Virus record (IMG/VR): IMGVR_UViG_3300043409_001561
Origin: a virus
Length of the DNA: 64,000 bases
Reading direction: 5' to 3' (one strand)
Under the pieces are notes generated by a model. The model made no database searches, was not told where the DNA came from, and was given only the letters and a program-made list of their open reading frames with translations. Of this stretch, positions 19,326-28,824 are shown piece after piece. The translations under genes were made by a program, and so were the position numbers. How positions within the stretch are numbered: position 1 is the first letter of the stretch; each line of letters begins with the position of its first letter.

Positions 19326-19616
19326 TTATAAAATTTCTTTTATTTTACTACTTAAGACAGATTCACTGAGAACACCACTGTTCCTCCAAATCTGTTTACC
19401 CTCTTTAACTAAGACTATGGTAGGTATAGTCCTTATCTGAAATTGAGCGGCGACACTCCTATCCTCATCTATGTTAATTTTAACTACTTCAATATCACTA
19501 TTATTTTTTTTAAAACTTTCTATAATAGGATTCATCATCCTACAAGGTCCGCACCATTCTGCCCAAAAATCAATCAAAACAGGTTTTTCTGATTGTAATA
19601 TAGTTTCTAATTCCAT
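19326..19616 (-). CDS. trxA: thioredoxin
   Basis: WAEWCGPC active-site motif; 96 aa. Confidence 0.75.
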   Translation of the reverse strand: MELETILQSEKPVLIDFWAEWCGPCRMMNPIIESFKKNNSDIEVVKINIDEDRSVAAQFQIRTIPTIVLVKEGKQIWRNSGVLSESVLSSKIKEIL

Positions 19617-19653
19617 CTATAAATTTTTTTTAATTATTATTATACTATAAATA

Positions 19654-19677
19654 TAAAAGGGGAATAAAAATCCCCCT
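19654..19677 (-). terminator. rho-independent terminator (GGGGGATTTTTATTCCCC followed by TTTT)
   Basis: Hairpin plus T-run downstream of the FKBP gene. Confidence 0.45.
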
Positions 19678-19689
19678 CTGAAATAATAT

Positions 19690-20115
19690 TTATTTTACTT
19701 CTAATACCTCTACGTCAAAAATTAATTTTTTACCTGCCATAGGATGGTTGGCATCAATTTTAACACCTTCCTCATTAATTTCGGTAACAACTACGTTTAT
19801 TGTACCCTTATCTCCAGTAGATTGTAAGAAATCACCTACATTAACTCCTTCAGGTGCTTTGTCTTTAGGGATAATTGTTACTAACCCATCAAGATACTCA
19901 CCATAACCTTCTTCAGGATCAATCTCGATAGTTTTCTTATCTCCCTTATTTAGACCAACTAAACCCTTTTCAAATCCATTGATCAATGTACCCTGACCTA
20001 AAACTATATTTAAAGGTTCTCTACCTTCCGCTAAAGAAGTGTCGAATACTGTACCGTCCTCAAATCTTCCTGTGTAGTGGACTACTACACCCTTACCATT
20101 TTCTACTGTCATCAT
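19690..20115 (-). CDS. slyD: FKBP-type peptidyl-prolyl cis-trans isomerase (SlyD-like)
   Basis: VVVHYTGRFEDGTVFDTS...LINGFEKGLVGLNKGDKKTIEIDPEEGYGEY is typical of the FKBP/SlyD fold. Confidence 0.7.
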   Translation of the reverse strand: MMTVENGKGVVVHYTGRFEDGTVFDTSLAEGREPLNIVLGQGTLINGFEKGLVGLNKGDKKTIEIDPEEGYGEYLDGLVTIIPKDKAPEGVNVGDFLQSTGDKGTINVVVTEINEEGVKIDANHPMAGKKLIFDVEVLEVK

Positions 20116-20163
20116 TTTATTTTTTTTAAATTATAATGATAAAAAAATAAATAGTAAAGTATT

Positions 20164-20586
20164 TTATAATTTTATTTCGAACCTATCTTTCATTATTTGA
20201 ATTTTGTCTTCAGGAACACCATGTTCATTTATACCTTCGTGCCTATTTTCTACAATAATTGAGAACACTTTATAATCATACTGTTTTGCCAACTCATAAT
20301 AACGTTCCATTTCCCATTCTTGTGTGAATGTATTGGAAACAGCAATCTCTCTGTAGAAGTTATCGTTAATCAGTGAATCCTTCATATATGTTTCAACTGT
20401 ATCCTGACAGAATTTATGTGCGTCTTTGATTTTAGTAAAATCAAAATTATATTCTCCAGTCTCTTTATCGACAAAATATTTGTCCGCCTCACAAACTAAA
20501 AAATCGTGTACCACTAATCTTTTGGCGAATGTAGATTTACCTGAACCAGGTACTCCTCTTACTATATATAAAATTTTATCATCCAT
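20164..20586 (-). CDS. P-loop kinase, polynucleotide kinase (T4 Pnk kinase-domain)-like
   Basis: The N-terminus ILYIVRGVPGSGKSTFAKRL parallels the T4 Pnk N-terminus IILTIGCPGSGKSTWA. Small 140-aa kinase-only ORF. Confidence 0.5.
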   Translation of the reverse strand: MDDKILYIVRGVPGSGKSTFAKRLVVHDFLVCEADKYFVDKETGEYNFDFTKIKDAHKFCQDTVETYMKDSLINDNFYREIAVSNTFTQEWEMERYYELAKQYDYKVFSIIVENRHEGINEHGVPEDKIQIMKDRFEIKL

Positions 20587-20761
20587 CTTATTCTGATTTA
20601 AAGTCTTTCTTGTACTTCTATTGTTACTTCATTACCAAACTTTTTTAGTTCTTCATCTTTCTTAATAGCATTTTCAAGTAATTTCTGTAACTGTTCTTTT
20701 GTGTAGCTTGTCCAATGACTAACTACTTCTACTTTGTATATTGTTGCCATCTTATTCAGAT

Positions 20762-20989
20762 TTAAATTTGATATCCTTCAGGATATTTTGTCCGTACTTG
20801 TTGTGCATCTCCACCTTTAGATAAGGTAGATTCCCCACAACTTTTACATTTCATATTAGGAGTAACATTTGTATGAAAATAATTGTCATCATATCCTGAC
20901 ACACCTTTTTCTATATTGTTACAAAATTCACACTCATAAGTTCCCCAAAAATCTCTTCTTGATTGACTTGTAATTTCAATTAATCTCAT
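20762..20989 (-). CDS. zinc-ribbon protein
   Basis: CEFC...CKSC cysteine pairs. Confidence 0.35.
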   Translation of the reverse strand: MRLIEITSQSRRDFWGTYECEFCNNIEKGVSGYDDNYFHTNVTPNMKCKSCGESTLSKGGDAQQVRTKYPEGYQI

Positions 20990-21094
20990 TTTATTTTGAT
21001 TTAGGTAGTTTTTATTAGGATACGGCTATTGCAATAATAGCAATAAAAGTAAACCATATGACAACTACGATTATTGTTACTAAATTTGGGGTTT

Positions 21095-21277
21095 TCATCT
21101 TTTATACATCAAATAAGTTACTACTAAAATAACGATTAAAAGTAATACTGGTATCCACAATGGTGCAGTTACCCACCACCAACTCCAATCAATGTGATTA
21201 GTTAGTTTTAGAACCATAAAAATAAGGAAGAGAATCATACCTAATCCTATCCCACTTGATGAACTTTTTTCACTCAT
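21095..21277 (-). CDS. small two-transmembrane-helix protein (holin-like topology)
   Basis: Two hydrophobic helices and a basic C-terminus. Function is not established. Confidence 0.35.
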   Translation of the reverse strand: MSEKSSSSGIGLGMILFLIFMVLKLTNHIDWSWWWVTAPLWIPVLLLIVILVVTYLMYKR

Positions 21278-21295
21278 AATTTATTATTTATTTAT

Positions 21296-21952
21296 TTATA
21301 TTCTTTTTTCGTGATGATCTTTTGGTAAACATAATTTTTTAATTGGTTGATTTTTAACAATGGTTAAAATTTCATCCAAAGATAAGGGACATAAATTATT
21401 ACCATCTACACCCACATCCAATGATTTACCGTCACCCAATCTTAAATTAGTTGGTAGGTGTACGTGACCATGTAAATGTATTGTACCATCATTCATACTA
21501 TCCCACGATGCAATTGGGTAGTGCATGCAGACAAAAGAGTATTTGTCCATCAACCCCTTACTCAAAATAGATGGTCTACGAACATCTAAAAACAAATAGT
21601 CGTGTGTTGAGGAAAAAATATCTTGTATATCTTCTTTGTTTTTACGAATGTGGTGATCGTGATTCCCATAAGTTAAATGAACATTCTTACAGATTATTCT
21701 ATTACGAAATTCTTCTATTTTCTCAAATCCACCAAAACTCCAATCACCCAAATGGATCAATACATCATCTTCACCAACAACCTCATTAATATTATTCACT
21801 AATGTGTCATTCATATGATTGAGTGAATTAAACTTACGTGTTAGATTTTCTGCACCAACCCAACCAGTTGTTGCAGAACAAATATTTGCGTGATTATAAT
21901 GTGTATCACTCGTAAAAAATAACCGTTGCCCTTTTTCTAATACTAATTTCAT
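21296..21952 (-). CDS. calcineurin-like metallophosphoesterase
   Basis: SDTHYNH, GDW, GNHDHH and GHVH motifs in canonical MPP order. Confidence 0.65.
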   Translation of the reverse strand: MKLVLEKGQRLFFTSDTHYNHANICSATTGWVGAENLTRKFNSLNHMNDTLVNNINEVVGEDDVLIHLGDWSFGGFEKIEEFRNRIICKNVHLTYGNHDHHIRKNKEDIQDIFSSTHDYLFLDVRRPSILSKGLMDKYSFVCMHYPIASWDSMNDGTIHLHGHVHLPTNLRLGDGKSLDVGVDGNNLCPLSLDEILTIVKNQPIKKLCLPKDHHEKRI

Positions 21953-21956
21953 TTTA

Positions 21957-21964
21957 CAAATATA
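21957..21964 (-). promoter_or_regulatory. TAnnTTTG (-7) promoter-type element immediately upstream of 21296..21952
   Basis: The minus strand reads TATATTTG. It lies only 4 nt from the ATG, so the transcript may be leaderless or the true start may differ. Confidence 0.3.
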
Positions 21965-22022
21965 TTTATAATTTTTTAATATTCCAAACTTTTAGGTAAA
22001 AATAATAGGGTTGGTGTCTTAA

Positions 22023-22658
22023 CTAGTTATGTTTACAATTTTCATTATGGTATCTATTAACGTGTATTATTGAGACTTCTAACCCACATACAGTACAAGA
22101 TATTTTTTGGTATGGTCCTCTCGGATTTTTATGTTTACCTTTTGGTTTTTTCATTTTTTCTTTACTTTCTTCAGTGTGTTTGTACCCTTTAATTTTATTA
22201 ATAACATCCTGTGATCTCTTAGTCCCTAATAATTTTTTTCTTATCTTTTCTTTTGTTTCTTCACTTCTTGGTACACCAATACTATGTTTTGTTCTTTTTT
22301 CAATTAACTCTTTTGATTGCTTTATCCCCGTATGTGACACACTTGATTTAAGTTTAGTTTCATCGGAGGCAGCACCACTTTTATCTGTAGTTTTTGTTAA
22401 AACCAAATTTAAACCGTTATTCAATACATCATAATGTTCTTGCCAAAATCTTTCTCTATTGTTTAATTCACAAATTAAACATTCTTCAATTATTTCAAAA
22501 TTATGTTTTTCAACGCCATGACTAATTAATGATGAATATAATTTACATTGTTGTTTACATTTTAATTTTTTATAACTTTCAAATCTTCTTAAAATATCAA
22601 TTGATTGCCCTATATAGACTTTACCTGAAGGTGACGTTATTTTATATATTCCAACCAC
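22023..22658 (-). CDS. GIY-YIG homing endonuclease with a C-terminal zinc finger (free-standing, mobile)
   Basis: GIYKITSPSGKVYIGQS...RF..Y motif. Lys-rich NUMOD-like repeats. C-terminal CTVCG...HVNRYHNENC. Confidence 0.75.
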   Translation of the reverse strand: MVGIYKITSPSGKVYIGQSIDILRRFESYKKLKCKQQCKLYSSLISHGVEKHNFEIIEECLICELNNRERFWQEHYDVLNNGLNLVLTKTTDKSGAASDETKLKSSVSHTGIKQSKELIEKRTKHSIGVPRSEETKEKIRKKLLGTKRSQDVINKIKGYKHTEESKEKMKKPKGKHKNPRGPYQKISCTVCGLEVSIIHVNRYHNENCKHN

Positions 22659-22698
22659 AAAAATTATACTTTATAATAAATATAATTTTTTTTAATTT

Positions 22699-23343
22699 TT
22701 AACTTAAACTATCTGGTAAAAATAGGAGGGTCGGGTTACGTTTTTGTATATCCAAATTAGGGTATTTTTTTTTAAACTCCATATAATCAAATCTATCCGT
22801 AATTAAGTGATAACCATTTTTTGTTGGTATAATCGAATTTATCTTATCTTGAATCGGTCGACATTTAGTATTAATAAATGTTGCAACTTCTTCAACAAAA
22901 CTCTTATCTTTCGTGTCTATGTCCGCCACCCACCTCTTCTCGTGAGTTTTAATTTGACCAACAACTGAGTCAAATAAACCTTGTTGTTTATCTACACCAT
23001 CTCTAATACGTTCTGCCAGTATCGCCAACATATTAAGGGAAACATCCTTATGGTTTTGTTTCTGAACATGAATATATGCCCTCGCCTTAAACATTTCACA
23101 AAGTTGTTTAATCTCGTCATACCTCTTTTCAAGATGATCAATAGATTCTATACAGTAAGTTTTAATTGTTCTTACTGACTGATGATTATCTCTTTCCCCT
23201 TCAGGTTGATCCTTTTTACGTTTAAAAACATATAACATATAAAAATCACCTTTATCAGTGAAATGTAATAGTGTTTTTATTAATTCTATGTTATCTATCA
23301 TTATTTGTAAATTTATGTATTTTTTATTACTAAATTTAACCAA
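22699..23343 (-). CDS. hypothetical protein
   Basis: ORF track; 214 aa. Confidence 0.4.
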   Translation of the reverse strand: MVKFSNKKYINLQIMIDNIELIKTLLHFTDKGDFYMLYVFKRKKDQPEGERDNHQSVRTIKTYCIESIDHLEKRYDEIKQLCEMFKARAYIHVQKQNHKDVSLNMLAILAERIRDGVDKQQGLFDSVVGQIKTHEKRWVADIDTKDKSFVEEVATFINTKCRPIQDKINSIIPTKNGYHLITDRFDYMEFKKKYPNLDIQKRNPTLLFLPDSLS

Positions 23344-23639
23344 TCTCCAATATCTTCCATTAATTCAACCTCCCATTGTTCAATTATTTTATCCAAAATT
23401 CCTAACCCATAAGATGTTGCAACCCCATATCCTTTTTTATTACACTTATAACAACTACCACTAAATCCAATAAAATAATAGTAATCATCATCTTGTTCAA
23501 CCTTTTCTATTCCAGAGTTCAACTTCCATCTATCACTAGTTAAATATCCACCAGCCCAAGTTCCAAAAACTTTATAGTAATTGTTTGGTAGTTTTAATAC
23601 TACCCATCTTTCTGGATTTTCACTTATATTTCTTTTCAT
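23313..23639 (-). CDS. hypothetical protein
   Basis: ORF track. Confidence 0.35.
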   Translation of the reverse strand: MKRNISENPERWVVLKLPNNYYKVFGTWAGGYLTSDRWKLNSGIEKVEQDDDYYYFIGFSGSCYKCNKKGYGVATSYGLGILDKIIEQWEVELMEDIGDWLNLVIKNT

Positions 23640-24280
23640 AATTTCCTAAATTTTGGTTTTAAGGCACTCCATATAATTTTATCATAATCTTTACCATCCC
23701 ACATCGCAAACATAATTGCCTTAACGATAGAATGTTTATCTTTTATGAATTCTGCAAACTCTTTCTTAGTCGGTTCAGGATCTTTATCCCCATATTTACC
23801 AAATCTAAAATAATCGTAAGTTTTACCTAGTTGATTATAATATTGGTACCAGTGATACCCCAAACTACTGGCGTAAGTTTTAATCTTATCATAAAATTCA
23901 TCAGGAACATCTTTAAGAAAATCTTCTATTTTACCTCCACTAGATAAAATTTCCCATACAGTTGTAGTTGATATGTTTGTCATTATTTTATGTAATCTGA
24001 GATATTCTTCACCCTTTATCTTCATTCTGTCACCATTAGAAAATTTAACTACATAACCCTCTTCATTATCTTTTATTGTATTTTTTAAGGTAGTGAAATC
24101 AGTTATACCATCATATTTTTTAACTACTCTGAATCCTATATTTTGAATTAAATTTTTTAATCTTAAATCTACATCTTCACTATGTAAGTCAACTTCATTT
24201 TCGGTTTTAGTATTTATCATACCTAATAACACTAAATCCTCAAAATCATACTGTACTACTATTCTGTTTTTACCCCCCAT
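23636..24280 (-). CDS. RNA ligase C-terminal fragment (nucleotidyltransferase motifs IV and V)
   Basis: EGYVVKF (motif IV EGxVxK) and MKIKGEEY (motif V). Lies directly downstream of a GIY-YIG gene and the N-terminal fragment. Confidence 0.5.
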   Translation of the reverse strand: MGGKNRIVVQYDFEDLVLLGMINTKTENEVDLHSEDVDLRLKNLIQNIGFRVVKKYDGITDFTTLKNTIKDNEEGYVVKFSNGDRMKIKGEEYLRLHKIMTNISTTTVWEILSSGGKIEDFLKDVPDEFYDKIKTYASSLGYHWYQYYNQLGKTYDYFRFGKYGDKDPEPTKKEFAEFIKDKHSIVKAIMFAMWDGKDYDKIIWSALKPKFRKL

Positions 24281-24283
24281 AAT

Positions 24284-25096
24284 TTATTTATTTTTACAAT
24301 TATCAAAATGCCATCTATTCATAATACCAACACCACCTTCTTTATCACAATATGGACAAATTATTTTTTTACTACTTATTCCCTTAAATGGGCTACGTTT
24401 CCCTTTTTTTGATTCACTGATTTTTCTTTTAGTCTCTTCACTTTTGTTTTTACCAGGATTATTCATCGTCCATTTTTTTCTTTTAATCTCACGTGTTTCT
24501 TCACTTTGATTTTTTCCATAGTCATTACCTTTTAATTTCAAACTCAATTTTTTTTTGTGTTCTTCACTATGATAATGTTTTCCACTCTTACTATCACTAA
24601 TTTTTTTTCCTATAATTTTTGCCTTATCTTCACCAAATCTTTCTTCAAATGTTTTCCCTTTATGTAACTTTGATAAATGTTCTCCTATTGCTTTATGTCT
24701 TTTTACCCCCTTCTTTGATTCAGATATTTTTTTATTTCTATTTTTCTTATCTTCCTCACTCATATCTTCCCATCTTTTTTTTTGAGATTTTGACATTTTA
24801 TGTAAGACATTTTTAGTGAAAATTATCTCACTCCCTCTTGCGGCATTATAGTATTTTTCATCACGTATATCAATTTCTTTTAAAATCCCCTGTTCGTATT
24901 TTAAACAATCATTTTTAGAACCAAAAAATAAAATCTCACGATCCCAATTATTTTTTATATCATAAAAATCATCCCAAAATTCTTTATTATGGGAAGAAGA
25001 TACGTATCCATCATTTATATCACCTTTATGATAACCAATGTAAATTTTACCATTATTTAAATTTACCCATTTATAAACAAAAGCCTCTTTATCCAT
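24284..25096 (-). CDS. GIY-YIG homing endonuclease (inserted between the RNA ligase fragments)
   Basis: GKIYIGYHKG...GYVSSS motif. Lys-rich repeats. C-terminal CPYCDKEGGVGIMNRWHFDNC zinc finger. Confidence 0.75.
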   Translation of the reverse strand: MDKEAFVYKWVNLNNGKIYIGYHKGDINDGYVSSSHNKEFWDDFYDIKNNWDREILFFGSKNDCLKYEQGILKEIDIRDEKYYNAARGSEIIFTKNVLHKMSKSQKKRWEDMSEEDKKNRNKKISESKKGVKRHKAIGEHLSKLHKGKTFEERFGEDKAKIIGKKISDSKSGKHYHSEEHKKKLSLKLKGNDYGKNQSEETREIKRKKWTMNNPGKNKSEETKRKISESKKGKRSPFKGISSKKIICPYCDKEGGVGIMNRWHFDNCKNK

Positions 25097-25160
25097 AATT
25101 AATCATTTATATATAAATATAATGGTTATAATTAAAAACAATACTATTTTACCAATAAAC

Positions 25161-25580
25161 CTAATATATTATTTCAAATAAATAAGTATAATCTTTATGT
25201 AACTTATCGTAATCATATTTTTGTAATAAATCAAAACCCTTTATGGATTGTTCGGAAGTGAATGAACCTCTAGTCGCCAATACCCATTCATCCTTATAAT
25301 GAAATAGAATTCCTAATGAACCATCCATTTTATCATAAACGTCAAATTCAGATGTGGTAGTATGTTTACCTTCTTCCATATTAAAGAATTTTTTAAATGG
25401 TCTACCTATAATATCCCCATTAGAATTTGTTACCAAACCCCTACACATAAGTGTTACCTCATCCCATAAACCTTCATATTGAACCTTTTCAGAATAATTC
25501 CAAATAGTTAAGTCCAAAGTAGGGTGTACTTGTTTATACAATAAACCCTTATCAAAATATTCATTTAATATTTCATTCAT
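25161..25580 (-). CDS. RNA ligase N-terminal fragment (adenylyltransferase motif I)
   Basis: YDKMDGSLG matches ligase motif I (KxDGS), as in T4 Rnl1 KEDGSL. Confidence 0.55.
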   Translation of the reverse strand: MNEILNEYFDKGLLYKQVHPTLDLTIWNYSEKVQYEGLWDEVTLMCRGLVTNSNGDIIGRPFKKFFNMEEGKHTTTSEFDVYDKMDGSLGILFHYKDEWVLATRGSFTSEQSIKGFDLLQKYDYDKLHKDYTYLFEIIY

Positions 25581-25607
25581 AACGCAAATATAATATTTTT
25601 TATCTTC

Positions 25608-25871
25608 CTAATCTCTATCATTTAGTTCTGTGATTACTTTTATTCTTTGTGTAGGAACTTTTATCCATGATTTATCACATGATTTGATAGTACTAATACC
25701 ACTATCACTACTACTTACTTCAGTGCAATCCATTTCCGTTCCATCAGTGAAAACAACGTGTTGATCACATTTTTTACTATCTTCGATTATTAGATATAAA
25801 ATTATACCATATATTAGTGAAGTTACTAAAATAATAGTTAATACTTGTAAACTTTTCATTTTAATATACAT
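25608..25871 (-). CDS. small secreted/membrane protein
   Basis: N-terminal hydrophobic segment. Confidence 0.35.
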   Translation of the reverse strand: MYIKMKSLQVLTIILVTSLIYGIILYLIIEDSKKCDQHVVFTDGTEMDCTEVSSSDSGISTIKSCDKSWIKVPTQRIKVITELNDRD

Positions 25872-25880
25872 TTATTTGTG

Positions 25881-27482
25881 TTAAAGTGGTAAGGTAGTAA
25901 AATCTATTTTATTATTTTTATCTCTACTAAAGATGATATGTTGTGCCCTACCATCATTATGGATGATAACATGTGTCTGTAACCAACCACTAGGACCATT
26001 ATTATACCCAACTCTTAGTTTTGTACTCGTACCTACTGCCAATGCCCCATCTTTACGTCCTGGTGAGTGATAATGTCCTACAACAATTTTAGTATTCAAT
26101 TTACGAAATTGTTGTAAAGAACCTCTACTACCATTAGATCCAACGTCACCATGTTGCCCTAGTTCCCAATTCTTCACTTTGTAAGAATCATTTCTACCTA
26201 ATGTAATAAATTTAGGGTATCTCTCATTGATGATGTCAGGTATTACACCTTTAACGTCACTAGGATTTTCACCGTATTGTTTTAAAAGTCTGGAACTTAA
26301 ATCCATATACAATGGTGCGTTTTTAAATGTAGGTTGTTTTTTCCAATCCTCATTTTTTAACCATCTATCTACAAAGTCATCATGATTTGATCTAACTATA
26401 ACCACATTTTCAAAATCACTAAATCTATCTAGTTGATCCATCATAGTGAATATTTCTTTACCTAAATCATTAGTCCCATTCATTTCTTTACCATATTGTA
26501 CAAATGGATCTTTCATCTGGTGGTGACTTATAGAGTCTCCATCAAATACATCATGTAGAATAACATGTTTAGGGACTAAATCTACCATTAAATCAAATGT
26601 AGATTCTAATACATCTTCATCGTGATGTCCGTAGTGAAGGTCACCTAAAATTATCGCAGATACGGATGAATTTTTATTAACGACACCTTTCTCTACTCTA
26701 TTATATAAGTCTGAAAAATTACCACTCTTATCATCGGCAGTTACTTGTCTAACAAAAAACGTATCTTCATCTTTAATTTCCACAATAACAAAACCAAAAG
26801 TATGATGGAATTCACCTTTCTTACCTGATTTAGAATCAGTGTAATTCTTTTTAGTTATTGATCCTGTCGTTAACATCATCTTAGGTTTTTGTTTAACTAA
26901 AACAGGTATTGTCTCCATATGTACCTTTGGTGAACCAAAAATACAAGAATTAATTCCACTCAAACCTTGTAATCCTGTCATAGGATCGACTGCGGTTGGT
27001 TGTATTTTAACATCTGATAGAATAGAAACATATTTATGTATGTCATGTCTATTAGCATCTAAGTACTTAACTATCTTACTATCCCAAAATTCGTTATTTT
27101 CTTGATTACTAGTCCATACAGATGTCGGATTTTTATATCTACCCGCAATAACATGTATATCTGCTCCCAAATGATTTGCGTAAGCCTCCATATTGGTGAG
27201 TAATCCGTTATGGACAGGTGTATTATTTTGTGCCCAAGTAATTAAAAATATCTTTTTATCTTTATCATACTTTTTTAATTTGGCAGCCTCAAATTGTTCC
27301 GACTCTTTATCTACTTTCTCTTTGAAATTAAATTTCTCCGAACACCATTTTCTTATAGTCCTTTCCGATCTATCGAAATACTCAATTAGAATTGACATTC
27401 TCTCATCCCACTTTAAGTTTTTGTCAGTGTAGATGGAATAAGCATGTTCTATGTCTTTTTCTGTTACATCTTTAAATTTCAT
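25881..27482 (-). CDS. large metallophosphoesterase-domain protein
   Basis: GDLHYGHHD, SNHDDF and GHYHSPG motifs (calcineurin-like). The N-terminal roughly 250 aa is of unknown function. Confidence 0.55.
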   Translation of the reverse strand: MKFKDVTEKDIEHAYSIYTDKNLKWDERMSILIEYFDRSERTIRKWCSEKFNFKEKVDKESEQFEAAKLKKYDKDKKIFLITWAQNNTPVHNGLLTNMEAYANHLGADIHVIAGRYKNPTSVWTSNQENNEFWDSKIVKYLDANRHDIHKYVSILSDVKIQPTAVDPMTGLQGLSGINSCIFGSPKVHMETIPVLVKQKPKMMLTTGSITKKNYTDSKSGKKGEFHHTFGFVIVEIKDEDTFFVRQVTADDKSGNFSDLYNRVEKGVVNKNSSVSAIILGDLHYGHHDEDVLESTFDLMVDLVPKHVILHDVFDGDSISHHQMKDPFVQYGKEMNGTNDLGKEIFTMMDQLDRFSDFENVVIVRSNHDDFVDRWLKNEDWKKQPTFKNAPLYMDLSSRLLKQYGENPSDVKGVIPDIINERYPKFITLGRNDSYKVKNWELGQHGDVGSNGSRGSLQQFRKLNTKIVVGHYHSPGRKDGALAVGTSTKLRVGYNNGPSGWLQTHVIIHNDGRAQHIIFSRDKNNKIDFTTLPL

Positions 27483-27529
27483 AATGTTTTTTTTTAAATT
27501 TAATGATAATTTTTATTAAAATCAATAGT

Positions 27530-28267
27530 TTATAATTCGTTAGTAGGTTTCAACCACATTCCTTTTGAGAATACTAAATCCAAAAATCCAGGTATGTAAG
27601 ATTCTTCAACGGTATGAAGTAATCTTAAAGATAGTGGAGTATTATGTTTCATCATCTTAAAGATTTCTTCTCTCATTCTTTCAACTGAAACAGTTGTTTT
27701 TAATTTCTCTAAGATTTCAGGTTGAGCCATCGCGTCCCATATTTTTAAACTAATCGTAAATCCTTTTGTTACTGAGAATCTTAAAGCTCTCAATATTCTC
27801 AACGGATCATCCATCATTGTTATTTCTGGGTTTAATGGAGTTCTCAAAATTCCATCTTCAAGATCCTTGAGTCCACCAAATAAATCAATTAGATTCCCAT
27901 TTTCATCTTCCGCCATCGAATTCAATGTGAAATCTCTTCTAATTAGATCATCTTCTAATGTACCTAATTCTAAAATAGGTTGTCTAGTCCCTTCTTTGTA
28001 ACCGATCTCTTTTCTTGCGAGAACAAAGTCCGCAACTAATCCTTCGTTAACATCACCTTTAGGAAATTTAGCTCTGATAGTGAACATCTCTGGAGTAGAA
28101 AGGAATATAGTAAACTCTTTATGTTCCATCCATTGTTTCATTATTTCGAAACCTTCATCTACTGTTCTATCTATGTTGTCGAGTACAAATGTGAAGTCAA
28201 TATCTTTAGATTCAACACCTAAGATACTATCTCTTACACAACCACCAACTTTATATATCTGAGGCAT
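27530..28267 (-). CDS. cca: CCA-adding tRNA nucleotidyltransferase (minimal head/neck type)
   Basis: VGGCVRDSILG...KDIDF, RRDFTLNSMA and DPLRILRALRF are the class-II CCA/poly(A) polymerase head-domain motifs. Confidence 0.75.
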   Translation of the reverse strand: MPQIYKVGGCVRDSILGVESKDIDFTFVLDNIDRTVDEGFEIMKQWMEHKEFTIFLSTPEMFTIRAKFPKGDVNEGLVADFVLARKEIGYKEGTRQPILELGTLEDDLIRRDFTLNSMAEDENGNLIDLFGGLKDLEDGILRTPLNPEITMMDDPLRILRALRFSVTKGFTISLKIWDAMAQPEILEKLKTTVSVERMREEIFKMMKHNTPLSLRLLHTVEESYIPGFLDLVFSKGMWLKPTNEL

Positions 28268-28269
28268 AA

Positions 28270-28506
28270 CTATTCAGGTAATAATCCAACTCTCTCAATG
28301 AGATTCCAAACTCTTTCTTTGTATTGATCAACTGTTTCATCACCAATTTCAGTTATTCCACGATCAGTCATTTCAGATAGATAATCTAAAAGTTCTCTAG
28401 TAACTTTATCGATATCTTCGATAGATAGTTCACCTCTCTTAACTCCGTTTTTTAGGATTTGGTACTTTACCATAACCATTTTAGAAACTTTTACACCCAT
28501 AGTCAT
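28270..28506 (-). CDS. hypothetical protein
   Basis: ORF track. Confidence 0.4.
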   Translation of the reverse strand: MTMGVKVSKMVMVKYQILKNGVKRGELSIEDIDKVTRELLDYLSEMTDRGITEIGDETVDQYKERVWNLIERVGLLPE

Positions 28507-28750
28507 TTGTTTTATTTTATCAAAGATATAAATAATATTTCAATCTGCCAAATTTTTTGGTTATTTATATTGGTTATAAATAAGGTGATAGTGATGGAGT
28601 ACCCGTCTCGCTCCAATCTTAAGTGCTTAATCGTAGTTTTACGAGGCCTCGGCACTGTCCTTTTCAGGGGGTGATGAATTCCTGATCCACTCTGGATTGT
28701 CGACATCCGTTGAGTGGGGAAAACCACTATCAGTATTTTAATTGTTTATG

Positions 28751-28824
28751 TGGTCCTTGTTGGAATCGAACCAACCACCTACGGTTTATGAGACCGCCGC
28801 TCTAACCGAATGAGCTAAAGGACC
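28751..28824 (-). tRNA. tRNA-Met/Ile2 (anticodon CAT)
   Basis: Manual fold: acceptor GGTCCTT/AAGGACC, D-arm GCTC..GAGC, anticodon loop CTCATAA, T-loop TTCGATT. Confidence 0.7.
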
